DNA from: Longimicrobiales bacterium
GTDB taxonomy: Bacteria; Gemmatimonadota; Gemmatimonadetes; Longimicrobiales; Gaopeijiaceae
Assembly: GCA_965197725.1 (NCBI GenBank)
Contig: CBDANQ010000055.1
Span: 28,117 to 92,116 of the forward strand
Direction of reading: 5' to 3'
DNA: 64,000 nucleotides
How positions within the stretch are numbered: position 1 is the stretch's first letter; every line of letters begins with the position of its first letter. Below, one piece after another: positions 21,408 through 31,337 of this stretch. The translations under genes were made by a program, and so were the position numbers. The notes beneath the pieces are model-generated. The model ran no database searches. It saw only the letters and a program-made list of their open reading frames with translations, and was not told the origin of the DNA.

Positions 21408-21608
21408 ATGCACCTTCGCGAGGTCTCCGTAGGCACAGACGCCGCCCGAGTGCCCATGCATCTGGGGCCGGCGATCTGTGGTCGCTGCTACGAGGTGGGC
21501 CCCGAGGTGTTCGAGGCTGTGCAGCAGCCGGTCCCGGCGAGGCCCATGCCGATCGATCTTCGGGCCGTTCTGGCCGAGAGAGCGATCGATGTCGGCATCC
21601 GCGCGTGA
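21408..21608 (+). pseudogene. Fragment of a YfiH/PgeF (laccase-domain) family gene
   Basis: MHLGPAICGRCYEVGPEV and IDLRAVLAERA only; N-terminal domain and C-terminal FSHR-type motif are absent. Confidence 0.72.
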
Positions 21609-21841
21609 CCCCCGGCGATGCTCGCGCCTTCGACGCGGTCGGCCAGTGCCGGGACTGCGTGCACCACAGAGTGACAGGGAACCGAAAGGGCTCGCGGTTC
21701 TATCTTTGTGGCCGATCGAACGACGATCCACGATTCCCGAAGTATCCACTGCTCCCGGTGATCGACTGCAAGGGCTACGAGCCCGGTGGGGCCGATCCCT
21801 GGGCGCAATATGCTGAAGACACGGACGAGGACCTCCCATGA
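21605..21841 (+). CDS. Small four-cysteine hypothetical protein
   Basis: GQCRDCVH...SRFYLC...DPRFPKYPLLPVIDCKGYEP; GTGA and ATGA overlaps with both neighbours. Confidence 0.72.
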   Translation: MTPGDARAFDAVGQCRDCVHHRVTGNRKGSRFYLCGRSNDDPRFPKYPLLPVIDCKGYEPGGADPWAQYAEDTDEDLP

Positions 21842-22182
21842 GCGACTCGACCGCCTCGGCCAAGCGTGTTGCGGCAATCTACGATATTCACGGCAACCTG
21901 CCGGCGCTCGAGGCCGTACTCGAAGACATGCGCCAAGCAGGGGTCGAACACGTCGTGAACGCTGGGAGCGTGGGCATGCCCTTCGAGGCACCAGGCGCGT
22001 ATTGGATTCTACTGGGACCCGGTGTCGAGCAGCGGCACACGCCTTACGATCTGGCGGCGGCCGCCAAGCGTATTCGTGCAACGGACTATCCACAGGCACA
22101 CGAATTTGCGGCGGGAAACGTGCTGGAGTCGCCATGGGAGTCGGCGATGCTCGAGGTATTCGAGCGTGCGGCGCTAAAGTAG
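21838..22182 (+). pseudogene. Metallophosphoesterase with a large in-frame internal deletion
   Basis: Motif I DIHGNLPALEAVL is joined almost directly to the late motif VVNAGSVG; the GD, GN and GHTH motifs are missing. Confidence 0.8.
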
Positions 22183-22323
22183 TGACTGGGGCGGGTTGCC
22201 CGTTCACCACTTCGAGTATGACGTTTCTGGGACGAAGTGCTCGATCTAACTAGCCCGCTGTACTTCTACCAGGGGGCCGCTAAGGCCGGAACCGGCGAAT
22301 GTGAAGGGGGATTGGAGGGTCGC

Positions 22324-23982
22324 ATGTCAGATACCGTCGCTCTGCTCGTCATGGCCCTCACCTTGGGAGTGCTGGCGTTCTTGGTCCCCTTTGCGCTCCA
22401 CCGGATGTTCCTGCTCCTTCTGTCGGGTCGGAGTCGGTCCGAACACGTCACGGAATGGCCGGAGGAGCAGCTCCCGCACGTAACCGTGCAGCTCCCGATC
22501 TATAACGAACGACATGTCGTCAGCCGGCTCATCAACGCCGTGTGCCTGATCGACTATCCCGCGCGGCTGCTCGAGGTGCAGGTGCTCGACGACTCCGACG
22601 ACGCGACGCGTTGGATCGTGGAAGAGCGGGTCGCGTATTGGCGGGCCCGCGGCGTCGATGTGATGCACATCACGCGCCACCATCGAGACGGCTTCAAAGC
22701 GGGGGCTCTTGCTGAGGGGACGTCGGTGGCGAAGGGCGAATATCTGCTCGTCCTCGATGCCGACTTCGTCCCACCTCCAGACCTCCTGCGCGACCTTCTG
22801 CCGCCGTTCCGCGACCCGTCCGTGGGCATGGTGCAAGCTCGGTGGGACCACCTGAATCGCGACGAGACCTGGTTCACGGAGGCGCAGGCGCTTCTTCTGG
22901 ACGGACACTTCCTTTTCGAGCAGGGTGGACGGTACACCGGCGATTGCTTCTTCAACTTCAACGGTACCGCGGGCGTGTGGCGGCGAAGGTGTCTGGAGGA
23001 TGCAGGGGGGTGGCATGCCGATACGCTCACCGAGGATCTCGACTTGAGCTATCGCGCGCAGATGGCCGGCTGGCGCTTCGTATACCTCGACCACGTTGCG
23101 GTGCCCGCCGAGATCCCTTCGACGGTCGAGGCCTTGGAGGTGCAACAGAGGCGCTGGGCTCAAGGCGGAATCCAGACCGCTCGCAAGATCCTCCCAACGC
23201 TGCTGCGCGGCTCCTATCCCTTTGCGGTGAAGGCCGAGGCGGTGATCCACCTGTGCGGGCACGTCGCGCATCCGCTCACGTGGGCGTTGGCGCTGCTGCT
23301 CTTTCCGTCCGCGATCGCTCGCCGCTCGCTTGGGCTCGAGCAGTACTTGCTGGTGGACCTGCTGATCTTCACCGCGGCGACCGTTCCGTTCATGATCTTC
23401 TACTGGTTCGCAGGCCGCAGGCGTGGACACGCTGGCCCCGGCCTCGTTCGGGGCGTTGCGCGCACGCTCGCCCTGGGCATCGGGCTCACGATTCCCGTTA
23501 CGCGGGCGGTGTTTCGCGGGCTGGCGGGCTATCGGGACCCGTTCGTCCGTACAGCCAAGACGGGGAGCGCGCGGGGTGGGCTGTATGCAAGCGTGCCCGC
23601 GAGGCTGGATAACCTGGGCAAGAGCATGATGGTGGCCTTGATGCTGACGTACCTCGCGCTCGCGATCGCCGGACGTTATTGGGGCCAGCTGCCCTTCATC
23701 CTTCTCTTTCTGAGCGGGTACGCGGGTCTGGCGCTACCGGTGCTAGCCTCCGGAAGTGGGGCGCGGCTCGCTGCGGCACTCGGTGAGCGGCGCGGGGAGG
23801 GGTACGCGCTCGTACCAGAGCTTGGCGGCATCGATTCCGAGCAGAACGAGGAAGGGGACCCAGAGCAGCAGGCGCACCAGGATGGGCTGCGGCCACTCGC
23901 CGGTGTCCTGGAAGGTGGCCAGCCCGAAATATCCGAGGAACGAGAGGCCAGTCATCAAGATCCACGTGCGATTCGCGCGTAA
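22324..23982 (+). CDS. Processive GT2 glycosyltransferase (cellulose-synthase-like)
   Basis: VQLPIYNE, VLDDS, GFKAGAL, DADF, LTEDLDLS and QQRRW motifs plus TM helices. Confidence 0.93.
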   Translation: MSDTVALLVMALTLGVLAFLVPFALHRMFLLLLSGRSRSEHVTEWPEEQLPHVTVQLPIYNERHVVSRLINAVCLIDYPARLLEVQVLDDSDDATRWIVEERVAYWRARGVDVMHITRHHRDGFKAGALAEGTSVAKGEYLLVLDADFVPPPDLLRDLLPPFRDPSVGMVQARWDHLNRDETWFTEAQALLLDGHFLFEQGGRYTGDCFFNFNGTAGVWRRRCLEDAGGWHADTLTEDLDLSYRAQMAGWRFVYLDHVAVPAEIPSTVEALEVQQRRWAQGGIQTARKILPTLLRGSYPFAVKAEAVIHLCGHVAHPLTWALALLLFPSAIARRSLGLEQYLLVDLLIFTAATVPFMIFYWFAGRRRGHAGPGLVRGVARTLALGIGLTIPVTRAVFRGLAGYRDPFVRTAKTGSARGGLYASVPARLDNLGKSMMVALMLTYLALAIAGRYWGQLPFILLFLSGYAGLALPVLASGSGARLAAALGERRGEGYALVPELGGIDSEQNEEGDPEQQAHQDGLRPLAGVLEGGQPEISEEREASHQDPRAIRA

Positions 23983-25074
23983 CGCAGCGAGCGGGAGCAT
24001 CCAGAGCACGTACCACGGATGCAACGTCGGCGTGAGGATCATGCCCGCACCGAGGATCCAGAAGAGCGCGCGTTCGGGCCGGTACCGCTGCCATGTGGTC
24101 CATGCGACGACGCCGAGGACGAGCGCGCCCGCGGCGTACCGGGCCGCCATTGGCCCTGGCAGCACGGCCTCGAGAAGCGTGAACGGGCCCTTCATGAACC
24201 ACCAGTCTTGCGCGAACGTAGTGAGGCCCGCAAACAGGCCGCGACCCGCCAATGCGTAGGGCGCGTACAGTAGCGCGGCCGTGGCCACGAATCCCACCAG
24301 GAATCGGACGCCGAGCCTCCGGGTGAGTGCCGGTACTGCTACAACCGGCGCGAACTTCGTGAGCGCCGCCAACGCGGTCGCGGCCCCCGCGCTCATGGGT
24401 GCGCGGGCCAACAGGATCACGAGCACCAACGCGAAGAGCCCGAGGGGTTCCAGGTGACCGCTCCACGCGACCTCGACTACCAGCAGCGGGGACCAGAGGT
24501 AGAGCAACTGCGTGAGGCGCCGGCTACGGCCTGTGATGGACGCGACACGCCCGAGCAGCCAGCCGGTGCCGAGGTCGAGCCCGAGCCAGAGCAGCTTCGC
24601 CTGGAAGATCGCGCCGCCCGCCAGCGCGATCGCGAGGAATGCGAGTTGCGCGAGCGGAGGGTAGATGGTCGGCACGTCCGGGTTGTTGATCAGCCCTTGA
24701 TAGACGGTGCGGATCTCCGACAGCTCGATCGCGGTAGGGGCGTAGCGGTAGGGGTTGATGCCGGCGAGCTGCACCTGACCGTCCCACAGGTATCGATAGA
24801 TGTCGTCCGACAGCTCGGGAGTGAGCGGCAGCAGGACCACGCGCATTGCGATGGCGATGCCCCAGATGTAGAGGTGTCCGCCCCGGGTGTGCAGAACCTG
24901 GCTCGCGCCAACGGCATACGCCGCGAACGCCCCACCGAAAATGAGCAGCCCCATCCACGGAAAGGTCGCGCCCGGCCACCACCCGAGTCCGCCGAGCAGC
25001 GCCAGCTCCACCACCCCGGCGATGGCCAGGACGCGCCAGGGCTTGGACGGATAGGTGTGCGATGATTCCGTCAT
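23743..25074 (-). CDS. GT-C fold membrane glycosyltransferase (GT87/DUF2029-like)
   Basis: LSDDIYRYLWDG, GINPY, TIYPP, SGHLE and PTLHPWY; polytopic. Confidence 0.85.
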   Translation of the reverse strand: MTESSHTYPSKPWRVLAIAGVVELALLGGLGWWPGATFPWMGLLIFGGAFAAYAVGASQVLHTRGGHLYIWGIAIAMRVVLLPLTPELSDDIYRYLWDGQVQLAGINPYRYAPTAIELSEIRTVYQGLINNPDVPTIYPPLAQLAFLAIALAGGAIFQAKLLWLGLDLGTGWLLGRVASITGRSRRLTQLLYLWSPLLVVEVAWSGHLEPLGLFALVLVILLARAPMSAGAATALAALTKFAPVVAVPALTRRLGVRFLVGFVATAALLYAPYALAGRGLFAGLTTFAQDWWFMKGPFTLLEAVLPGPMAARYAAGALVLGVVAWTTWQRYRPERALFWILGAGMILTPTLHPWYVLWMLPLAALRANRTWILMTGLSFLGYFGLATFQDTGEWPQPILVRLLLWVPFLVLLGIDAAKLWYERVPLPAPLTECRSEPRPTSGG

Positions 25075-25775
25075 CCGATCCCCTGCCTCGAACCGCTGTG
25101 CTCATGCCCGCGCTCAACGAGGAGAGGTCGCTTCCCGGGATCCTCTCGAGCTTGCCCGACTACGTCGATCGCGTCGTCGTCTCGGACAACGGCTCGACGG
25201 ACGGGACAGCGGAGGTCGCGCGGGCGCACGGAGCCGAGGTCGTTTTCGAGGCCAAGCGAGGCTACGGTGCGGCGTGCCTGGCCGGGATTCGGCATCTCTC
25301 GGGGCAGACCCAGCCTCCCGAAGTACTCGTATTCATCGATGCGGACGGGAGCGACGATCCGAACGAGATAGCCCACGTGGTCGCTCCGATCCAGAAGGGC
25401 GAGGCCGACATGGTGCTCGGCGTTCGCCGTGGCATCGATGGGAACGTGGGCACGATCCTACCACACGCGCGTTTTGGCAACCGTCTCGTACTCGGCCTTA
25501 CCCAGCTGCTGTTCCGCCACTCCTTCACCGACTTGCCGCCGTTCCGGGCCGTATCGTTCCCTGAGCTGCTGGCGTTGCACATGGACGACCGCAGTTGGGG
25601 CTGGACGCTGCAGATGCAGATTAGGGCGGTGCGTGCGGGGCTTCGGATCGTCGAGGTCGAGGTGACCCATCGGCGTCGAACCGAAGGCGTATCGAAGATT
25701 TCAGGGAATCTCGCGACCTCGCTCAAGGTCGGTGCGAAGATGTTCTATACGCTCGCTCGCGAGCGGCTCAGGTAG
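25062..25775 (+). CDS. GT2 polyprenol-phosphate glycosyltransferase (DPM1-like)
   Basis: MPALNEE, DNGSTDGT, GYGAAC, FIDADGSD, TDLPPFRA and SKISG. Confidence 0.92.
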   Translation: MIPSSDPLPRTAVLMPALNEERSLPGILSSLPDYVDRVVVSDNGSTDGTAEVARAHGAEVVFEAKRGYGAACLAGIRHLSGQTQPPEVLVFIDADGSDDPNEIAHVVAPIQKGEADMVLGVRRGIDGNVGTILPHARFGNRLVLGLTQLLFRHSFTDLPPFRAVSFPELLALHMDDRSWGWTLQMQIRAVRAGLRIVEVEVTHRRRTEGVSKISGNLATSLKVGAKMFYTLARERLR

Positions 25776-26607
25776 CGGCGGTCTCGTCCAAGAAGGTGGC
25801 GAGGCGCGCGAACGACTCCTCAGGGATCTCTTCGGCGGGCATGTGTCCGCACTTTTCGAAAACGTGCAGGGTCGCGTTGGGCAGCTCCTCGAGCAACCGC
25901 TCTCCGACCCACAGCGGGACCACACGGTCGTGTCGTCCCCAGAGGATCAGCGCCGGCACCTCCAGGTCAGAAAAGCGAGCGTTGAGGGCGTCGATCCGCT
26001 CTGGCACCATGTGGAGCGCCGATTCGACGAGCGCGCGCCGCGCTTCGGCGTCGTTCAGCGGTGCCGCGTACCCTTCGACCTGGTTTCCCGCGACCGCCTG
26101 CGGATCGTACACGATGGAGCGCAGGACCTTTCGGATCACGAGCCGAGCGCCTAGCAGTCGAAAGAGCGCGATCCCAATCCAGCGGTACCGTGCCAGACTG
26201 ACGAAGGGCGGCAGTCGCTGCTCGTACGCGGCACTAGCCACGAGGACGAGCCGTGCGAGTCTATCCTCTTCGTCGTCGTGAAGTAGCAGCGCCAGCAGTA
26301 TCGCGATTCCGCCGCCGAGCGAATGACCGACAATCGTGAGTCGGCGGAGGTCTCGTTGAAGAACGAGTCGATGGAGCAGCTCGGCCTGGTCCTCCGGCCG
26401 GTACCGCCCGTCGTCCGGTTTGGGCGCCGCCCCCGATCCCTTGAGGTCGACGAGCACCACGTGGGCGCGCTCCGCGAGGCGCGGTGCCCAACAGCGCCAG
26501 GAGAAGGCGGAAGCTCCATAACCGTGGATCATGAGCAAGGTGTCCACGTGAGGCGTGGGCTCCAGACCCAGAGTCTCTACATGGAGGGGAAGCTCCTTTC
26601 CGTTCAC
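25768..26607 (-). CDS. Alpha/beta-fold hydrolase
   Basis: IHGY oxyanion motif, GHSLGG nucleophile, WGRHD and CGHMP. Confidence 0.93.
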   Translation of the reverse strand: MNGKELPLHVETLGLEPTPHVDTLLMIHGYGASAFSWRCWAPRLAERAHVVLVDLKGSGAAPKPDDGRYRPEDQAELLHRLVLQRDLRRLTIVGHSLGGGIAILLALLLHDDEEDRLARLVLVASAAYEQRLPPFVSLARYRWIGIALFRLLGARLVIRKVLRSIVYDPQAVAGNQVEGYAAPLNDAEARRALVESALHMVPERIDALNARFSDLEVPALILWGRHDRVVPLWVGERLLEELPNATLHVFEKCGHMPAEEIPEESFARLATFLDETAAT

Positions 26608-29291
26608 CCTTCTAGCTCGAGCACAGCGGCCCCGCAGCCGCTGAACTGCTCGGCCAGTTCCGGGTGGCAGGTGAAGACGAAGAGCTGCCGGTTGCGCGCG
26701 AGGCTGTCCAGAACCTCGATGCCCCGGCCGCGTCGCTCTCGGTCCCAGTTGACGAAGACCTCGTCGACGAAGAGGGGAAGACGCTCACCTCCCTGATCGA
26801 GGTGGTCCACGATCGCGAGTCGCAGCGAGAGGTACGCCTGCTCGAGCGTGCCAGTGGACACCGGCGGCGTGAGCGGTACTGGCGCTGGCAGGCCGGGCCC
26901 GAGCACCTGAAAAATGTCACCCGCACCTGCTTCGTTGACGAGGATGCGATCGTAGCGTCCGCCGGTGAGGTGCTTCAGATACGCCCCCGCCCGCCGGATC
27001 AGGTCCGGCTGGTGTTCCTCACGAAAGCGCCGATCGGCGTCACGGATGAGTTGGGCCAGCACCCAGCGTCGGTCCCGTTCCCGGACGAGCCGCGCCTCTT
27101 CGTCCTGGAGGCTCGCGATTTCGCCGTCCACGGCGTCCACGGTTTCCTCTCCATGCAGGTGCGCGATGTCTCGGTCGAGCCCCTTGGCGCGGGTGGCCAG
27201 TAGCTCTATTCGCTCACTCAGCCGCTCGACCCCAGCGCGGCGGCTGGCGAGGTCGTCCTCGACGATGGTCCACGACTCGCCGGCTTCCTCGGATGCGCCG
27301 ATGCGGTCGCGAACTTCGTCGAGGTCAGGGTGAGTGCGCTCCAGCTCGTCCTCGAGTTCGTCGGCTCGGATGTGCGCAGCGAGCCGTGCAGTGGTCGCAT
27401 CGACGCCCCGCTCGAGCTCGCCTCCTCCGAGGGCGGTCATGCACTTGGTGAACTCCCCCAACGCGGCCTCCGTTTCTTCGAGTTCCGTCACGAGCCGATC
27501 CCGCTCGCGGTGGAGGCGTCGTAGCTCGCGGTCGGCCGCTGCCGCGCCCTCTCGGAGTCGCTCCGCGCGCCGGAGCTCGCGGTCGAGCAGGTGGGTCAGG
27601 GCCTCGGCCTGGAGAGGCACCTCCAGCTCGAGACTCCCGGCCAGAGCGGCCGCTCCCGCATCGACCCGGTCGAGCCGCTCCATGAGCTCATCTCTCTCCC
27701 CGGATCGCTCCCCGTGATCTCTCATGAGCCCCTGAAGCCGTTCGAAGTCGGAGGCGAGGCCTTCCGACGGTTCGTCGAGCAGAGCGGGTTCAGTGGGGAT
27801 GTCCTTCAGAAGCTCGAGAACGAGGTCGCGAGTCTCCCGCTCCCGCTGCCGCGCTCGAGCGAGTCCAGCGGCTGGACTGCGCCCGGCCCCCCCGGACGCG
27901 GGCGCGGTTCGAGCTCTCTGCCACTGGGTCAACAACGTGAGCCCGATCGCACCACCAGCGGCCCCGAGGGCCGTCAAAGTGGCGAGGCCCGAGAGCGTGC
28001 CCGCCACCACCAGCGTCACTCCGAAGAGCGTCATCAGCACGGCACCGGCAGGGATCGCACTCCCGGCCCCCGCCGCTTCGGGATCGGCGCCGTCGAGTAC
28101 AAGGCGCTCGTCGCGGGCCCGGTGAGCATCGTGGACTCGGGCGCGCAGCGCCCGGGTGGACAGCGCCGAGATCGCTCCCTGCGGAGCTTCCGCGATAGGA
28201 ACGGCGAGGAGTTCCGCGCCCAGCTCGTCAATCCGACGGGCGAGGTCGCTCGTCTCTTGCTTCAACCCCTGACGGCGCGCTCGGTCCGCGAGGGTGCCGC
28301 TCGCCAGTGCCAGGAAGGACTCGACCTCCTCGGAGCGCTCGAGTAGCGACCGGGCTCTCTCGTCGTAGCTCGCGACCGCGGCCTCCGGCTCTCGCAGATC
28401 CCGGTCGGTCTCCGATGCACGCTCCGCCAGCTCGCGCACCCGAGCCTCGAGGTCCCTGACGTGCGCACTCGGGTCGGACGGCAGCGACTGTAGTGCCTCA
28501 CGTGGTCCGCCCTCCTCTCGAAGCGTCGTGATTCGGAGGAGCTGGGCTCGGATCGGGGTCAGGGTCTGTACGCGCTCCACCGCGACCCGCTCTCGCTCTC
28601 TCGCTTCTCGAGCGTTGTACAACTCGGTCCGGGTCCGCTCGAGCTCCTCGGCGAGCGACCGGATCTCCCGATCGCGCTCGAGCGCTTGTCGGCGCTGTGA
28701 ACGCAGGGCGCGGATGTGGTCCTGCAGTCTTCTGACCCGCTGATTGCCGCGTCGGTGAGGTCGCCACAACGCGCCCGCCTCGTGTTCGAGCACGTCCGCG
28801 ACGCTACGGGCCGGCAAGAGGTCGGTCGCTCCCATCGAGCCGAGGATGCGATCCTGAATGCGCGCCCACGTCTCGGAGTCCAGACCCGCGAGATCCCCGA
28901 GCGTGACGGCGAAGACCTGCCGGAAGACCGCGCGCGGAACATGATCGACCCACGGGAGGGCACGATTGCGTACCTCATCGACCCGCCCGTCGATCGCGAG
29001 TCTCCCCCCGGGTTGCGAACGCAGATGACGCTCGACCTCGGCACACCCCTCTCCGTCCAGGCGTAGTCGCGCGCTGCCACAGGCGTCCTCACCATTCCAT
29101 GGCAGGTAGGGATTTCCCTCCCTGGAGGCAGGGTGAAAGCCATATAGCATCGTGGTAAGGAAGTGGAAGAGCGTCGACTTGCCCGCTTCGTTCGGGCCGA
29201 GCACCACGACGAGTCCGGGCAGGGCGTCAGCGCCCGAGTCGAAGTTGTTGAACCGTCCGAACGCGCGCACATGGACGCGCTCGATCCTCAC
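26604..29291 (-). CDS. YhaN-like (AAA_27) SbcC/Rad50-related ATPase with central TM segment
   Basis: Walker A GPNEAGKST, long coiled coils, signature VSTGTLEQAYLSLRLA, Walker B VDEVFVNWD and FTCH. Confidence 0.9.
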   Translation of the reverse strand: MRIERVHVRAFGRFNNFDSGADALPGLVVVLGPNEAGKSTLFHFLTTMLYGFHPASREGNPYLPWNGEDACGSARLRLDGEGCAEVERHLRSQPGGRLAIDGRVDEVRNRALPWVDHVPRAVFRQVFAVTLGDLAGLDSETWARIQDRILGSMGATDLLPARSVADVLEHEAGALWRPHRRGNQRVRRLQDHIRALRSQRRQALERDREIRSLAEELERTRTELYNAREARERERVAVERVQTLTPIRAQLLRITTLREEGGPREALQSLPSDPSAHVRDLEARVRELAERASETDRDLREPEAAVASYDERARSLLERSEEVESFLALASGTLADRARRQGLKQETSDLARRIDELGAELLAVPIAEAPQGAISALSTRALRARVHDAHRARDERLVLDGADPEAAGAGSAIPAGAVLMTLFGVTLVVAGTLSGLATLTALGAAGGAIGLTLLTQWQRARTAPASGGAGRSPAAGLARARQRERETRDLVLELLKDIPTEPALLDEPSEGLASDFERLQGLMRDHGERSGERDELMERLDRVDAGAAALAGSLELEVPLQAEALTHLLDRELRRAERLREGAAAADRELRRLHRERDRLVTELEETEAALGEFTKCMTALGGGELERGVDATTARLAAHIRADELEDELERTHPDLDEVRDRIGASEEAGESWTIVEDDLASRRAGVERLSERIELLATRAKGLDRDIAHLHGEETVDAVDGEIASLQDEEARLVRERDRRWVLAQLIRDADRRFREEHQPDLIRRAGAYLKHLTGGRYDRILVNEAGAGDIFQVLGPGLPAPVPLTPPVSTGTLEQAYLSLRLAIVDHLDQGGERLPLFVDEVFVNWDRERRGRGIEVLDSLARNRQLFVFTCHPELAEQFSGCGAAVLELEG

Positions 29292-30544
29292 GGCGCGTCA
29301 CCCTCGGATCCGAGCAGACGTGCGGCGAGCTCCCCCTCTGCGTCTCGCAGCAATTCGCGAACGTACGCGTCGACGACCGCCGTGTCTTCAGAAGCGACAC
29401 CCGCGAGGGTGCCGGCGTCGAGCCCCGTCAGCCGAGCCTCGCCCCGGCGGATCGATTCGCTGAGCCGCAGCGTCTCGCCGAGCACGTCGGTGCGGATGCG
29501 ATGCTCGTGGATCGCAACGACCGGGTGAAGCCGGTCCGCCATGACAACGACATCGAGGGCACCCAGCACCTCCGCCAACTCCCGAGCGAGCACGTCCCGG
29601 TTCTCGTCGTCCTGGAGCTCCTTCCAGAGAGGGCACGGTCCGGTGAGCTGGACACGAACCATCCACTCGACTTCCCGTGCGGCCGCCTGCCCGTCGCGGA
29701 ACGACCGCCACACGGCTCCGATGCTTTGCTCGAGCCGGTCGAGGGAATCGGCCCCTTCCAAGTGATCGACGGTGATCGTCTCCCACCGGATCGGCGTCAG
29801 GGCCCGGAAAGAGATCTCGGGCGCCTCGCGGTCGGTGACATCGACCAGGAGCGCTCCACGCGCCCCGGTATCGGTATGGGTACGCCCCACAAGGCTTCCC
29901 GCGTACACGACCGGAGGGTCCAGGGACAGCTCCTGCCGGACATGCACATGGCCAAGCGCCCAGTAGTCGTAGCCCGAACGGACGAGATACGTGAGCTCCG
30001 AGGGTGCGTACGCGTGATGCGCGTCAGCTCCGAGGGACGAGTGCACCTGAGTGTGCAGCAACGCCACTTCTGGCAGATCGCTCTTCGGAGCGGGAAGAAG
30101 TCGAGAGAGGTCCCGTTTCTCCTGGTCGCTCGCGTGGCCCGCGGCCGCCACGTAGCCCGCAGGCTCACCCTCCCGGTCATGTATGAGGATCCGCTTGGGG
30201 GTGGAGTCCCACGCGACGTGCACGTTCGCCGGCCAATCCAGAGGCCGTGGGCCCGAGAGAGGTGACCCGTGGTCGTGGTTGCCCGTCGCGTATACCACGA
30301 TGACACCGTGTTGCTCGAGGCGGCGCGTCTGCTCCAGGAGAAACCGCTCTGTCTGGAAGGAGAGTCGGTCACCGTCGAAGAGGTCGCCAGCGATCAGGAG
30401 CGCGTTGGCGTCCTCTCGTATCGCCAAGTCGGCGGTGCGGCGGAAGGCATCCCGGGACGCTTCTCGGAGTCGACGTCGTACGGTCGCTGAACGGCCCGCG
30501 AAGGAGGTGTCGAGGTGGACGTCGGCCAAGTGGACGAAACGCAT
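29288..30544 (-). CDS. YhaO-like SbcD/Mre11 DNA repair exonuclease
   Basis: ADVHLD, AGDLFD, GNHD and YWALGHVH; coupled to the ATPase gene. Confidence 0.92.
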   Translation of the reverse strand: MRFVHLADVHLDTSFAGRSATVRRRLREASRDAFRRTADLAIREDANALLIAGDLFDGDRLSFQTERFLLEQTRRLEQHGVIVVYATGNHDHGSPLSGPRPLDWPANVHVAWDSTPKRILIHDREGEPAGYVAAAGHASDQEKRDLSRLLPAPKSDLPEVALLHTQVHSSLGADAHHAYAPSELTYLVRSGYDYWALGHVHVRQELSLDPPVVYAGSLVGRTHTDTGARGALLVDVTDREAPEISFRALTPIRWETITVDHLEGADSLDRLEQSIGAVWRSFRDGQAAAREVEWMVRVQLTGPCPLWKELQDDENRDVLARELAEVLGALDVVVMADRLHPVVAIHEHRIRTDVLGETLRLSESIRRGEARLTGLDAGTLAGVASEDTAVVDAYVRELLRDAEGELAARLLGSEGDAP

Positions 30545-30615
30545 GGCGGAAGCTAGAGCAAAGTTCGATCCCTGGGAATTCGCTAGGCGGGTCTACGATG
30601 GGCTATCATGGGACG

Positions 30616-31260
30616 ATGACCGAGAGCCCCAAAACGAGCCCCGGATTCGACGACTGCGGGTTCTGCGGCTTTACGTATTATGGCCGTCCGAACCAATGCC
30701 GGCGTTGCGGTAATCTGCTGAACGAAGCGGCCGAAGACGGGAAGCATCTGCTCAAGGACGGCCGCAGGCGCGTCCAGCGGCAGAAGGCTCGCTCCGACGC
30801 ACTCTTCCTCGGCGGGCTGCTCCTGGGTGGCCCCATGATGGCGGTCGGCTCGACCTTCAGGATCGGGCTCTTCGCTGCCCTGGCTGGGGCGATCTCGTCC
30901 GTGATCCGCCGCTACTCGGACTGGTCGACGACCGGGACCGTGGTGGTCGGAAGCGCCTTCGCGCTCATCGCCGCGACATGGCTCGCGGACACACCCCCCA
31001 CGGAGGAAGAGTCGCTCGCGGCGGAGTCGGCGCGCGCCGCGTACGTGCGGGCGCTCTCGGACCTCGACCCCGATGTTTTCGTCGAGACGCGAGGATTAGG
31101 ACACGTAGCGGTCTGGTTCAACCTGCCGAGCGAGTTCGAGGGTGAGTGCGGCGAATACCCCTCCGGGCCGGTCCGCGACCACCTCGCTGGCCTCGGCTTT
31201 TTGAGGGTCGTCGTTGCCGCGAGGAACCAGGGTGGAGGCCTCTGCTCCTTTGGGCCCTGA
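30616..31260 (+). CDS. Hypothetical membrane protein with N-terminal zinc-ribbon-like motif
   Basis: CGFC-x10-CRRC, then hydrophobic helices and a C-terminal soluble domain with two Cys. Confidence 0.75.
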   Translation: MTESPKTSPGFDDCGFCGFTYYGRPNQCRRCGNLLNEAAEDGKHLLKDGRRRVQRQKARSDALFLGGLLLGGPMMAVGSTFRIGLFAALAGAISSVIRRYSDWSTTGTVVVGSAFALIAATWLADTPPTEEESLAAESARAAYVRALSDLDPDVFVETRGLGHVAVWFNLPSEFEGECGEYPSGPVRDHLAGLGFLRVVVAARNQGGGLCSFGP

Positions 31261-31337
31261 GGCATCGGTTCCGATACTTGCATTGTGACGGGCTGTGTCT
31301 CTTGCCAATGCGGGTTTCCCGCCAACAGGTTCACCCC

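Noticed and set aside
26604..30544. YhaO/YhaN pair as a novel defence system
   Set aside because: Known widespread SbcDC-like pair in a core-like context, with no accessory partners.
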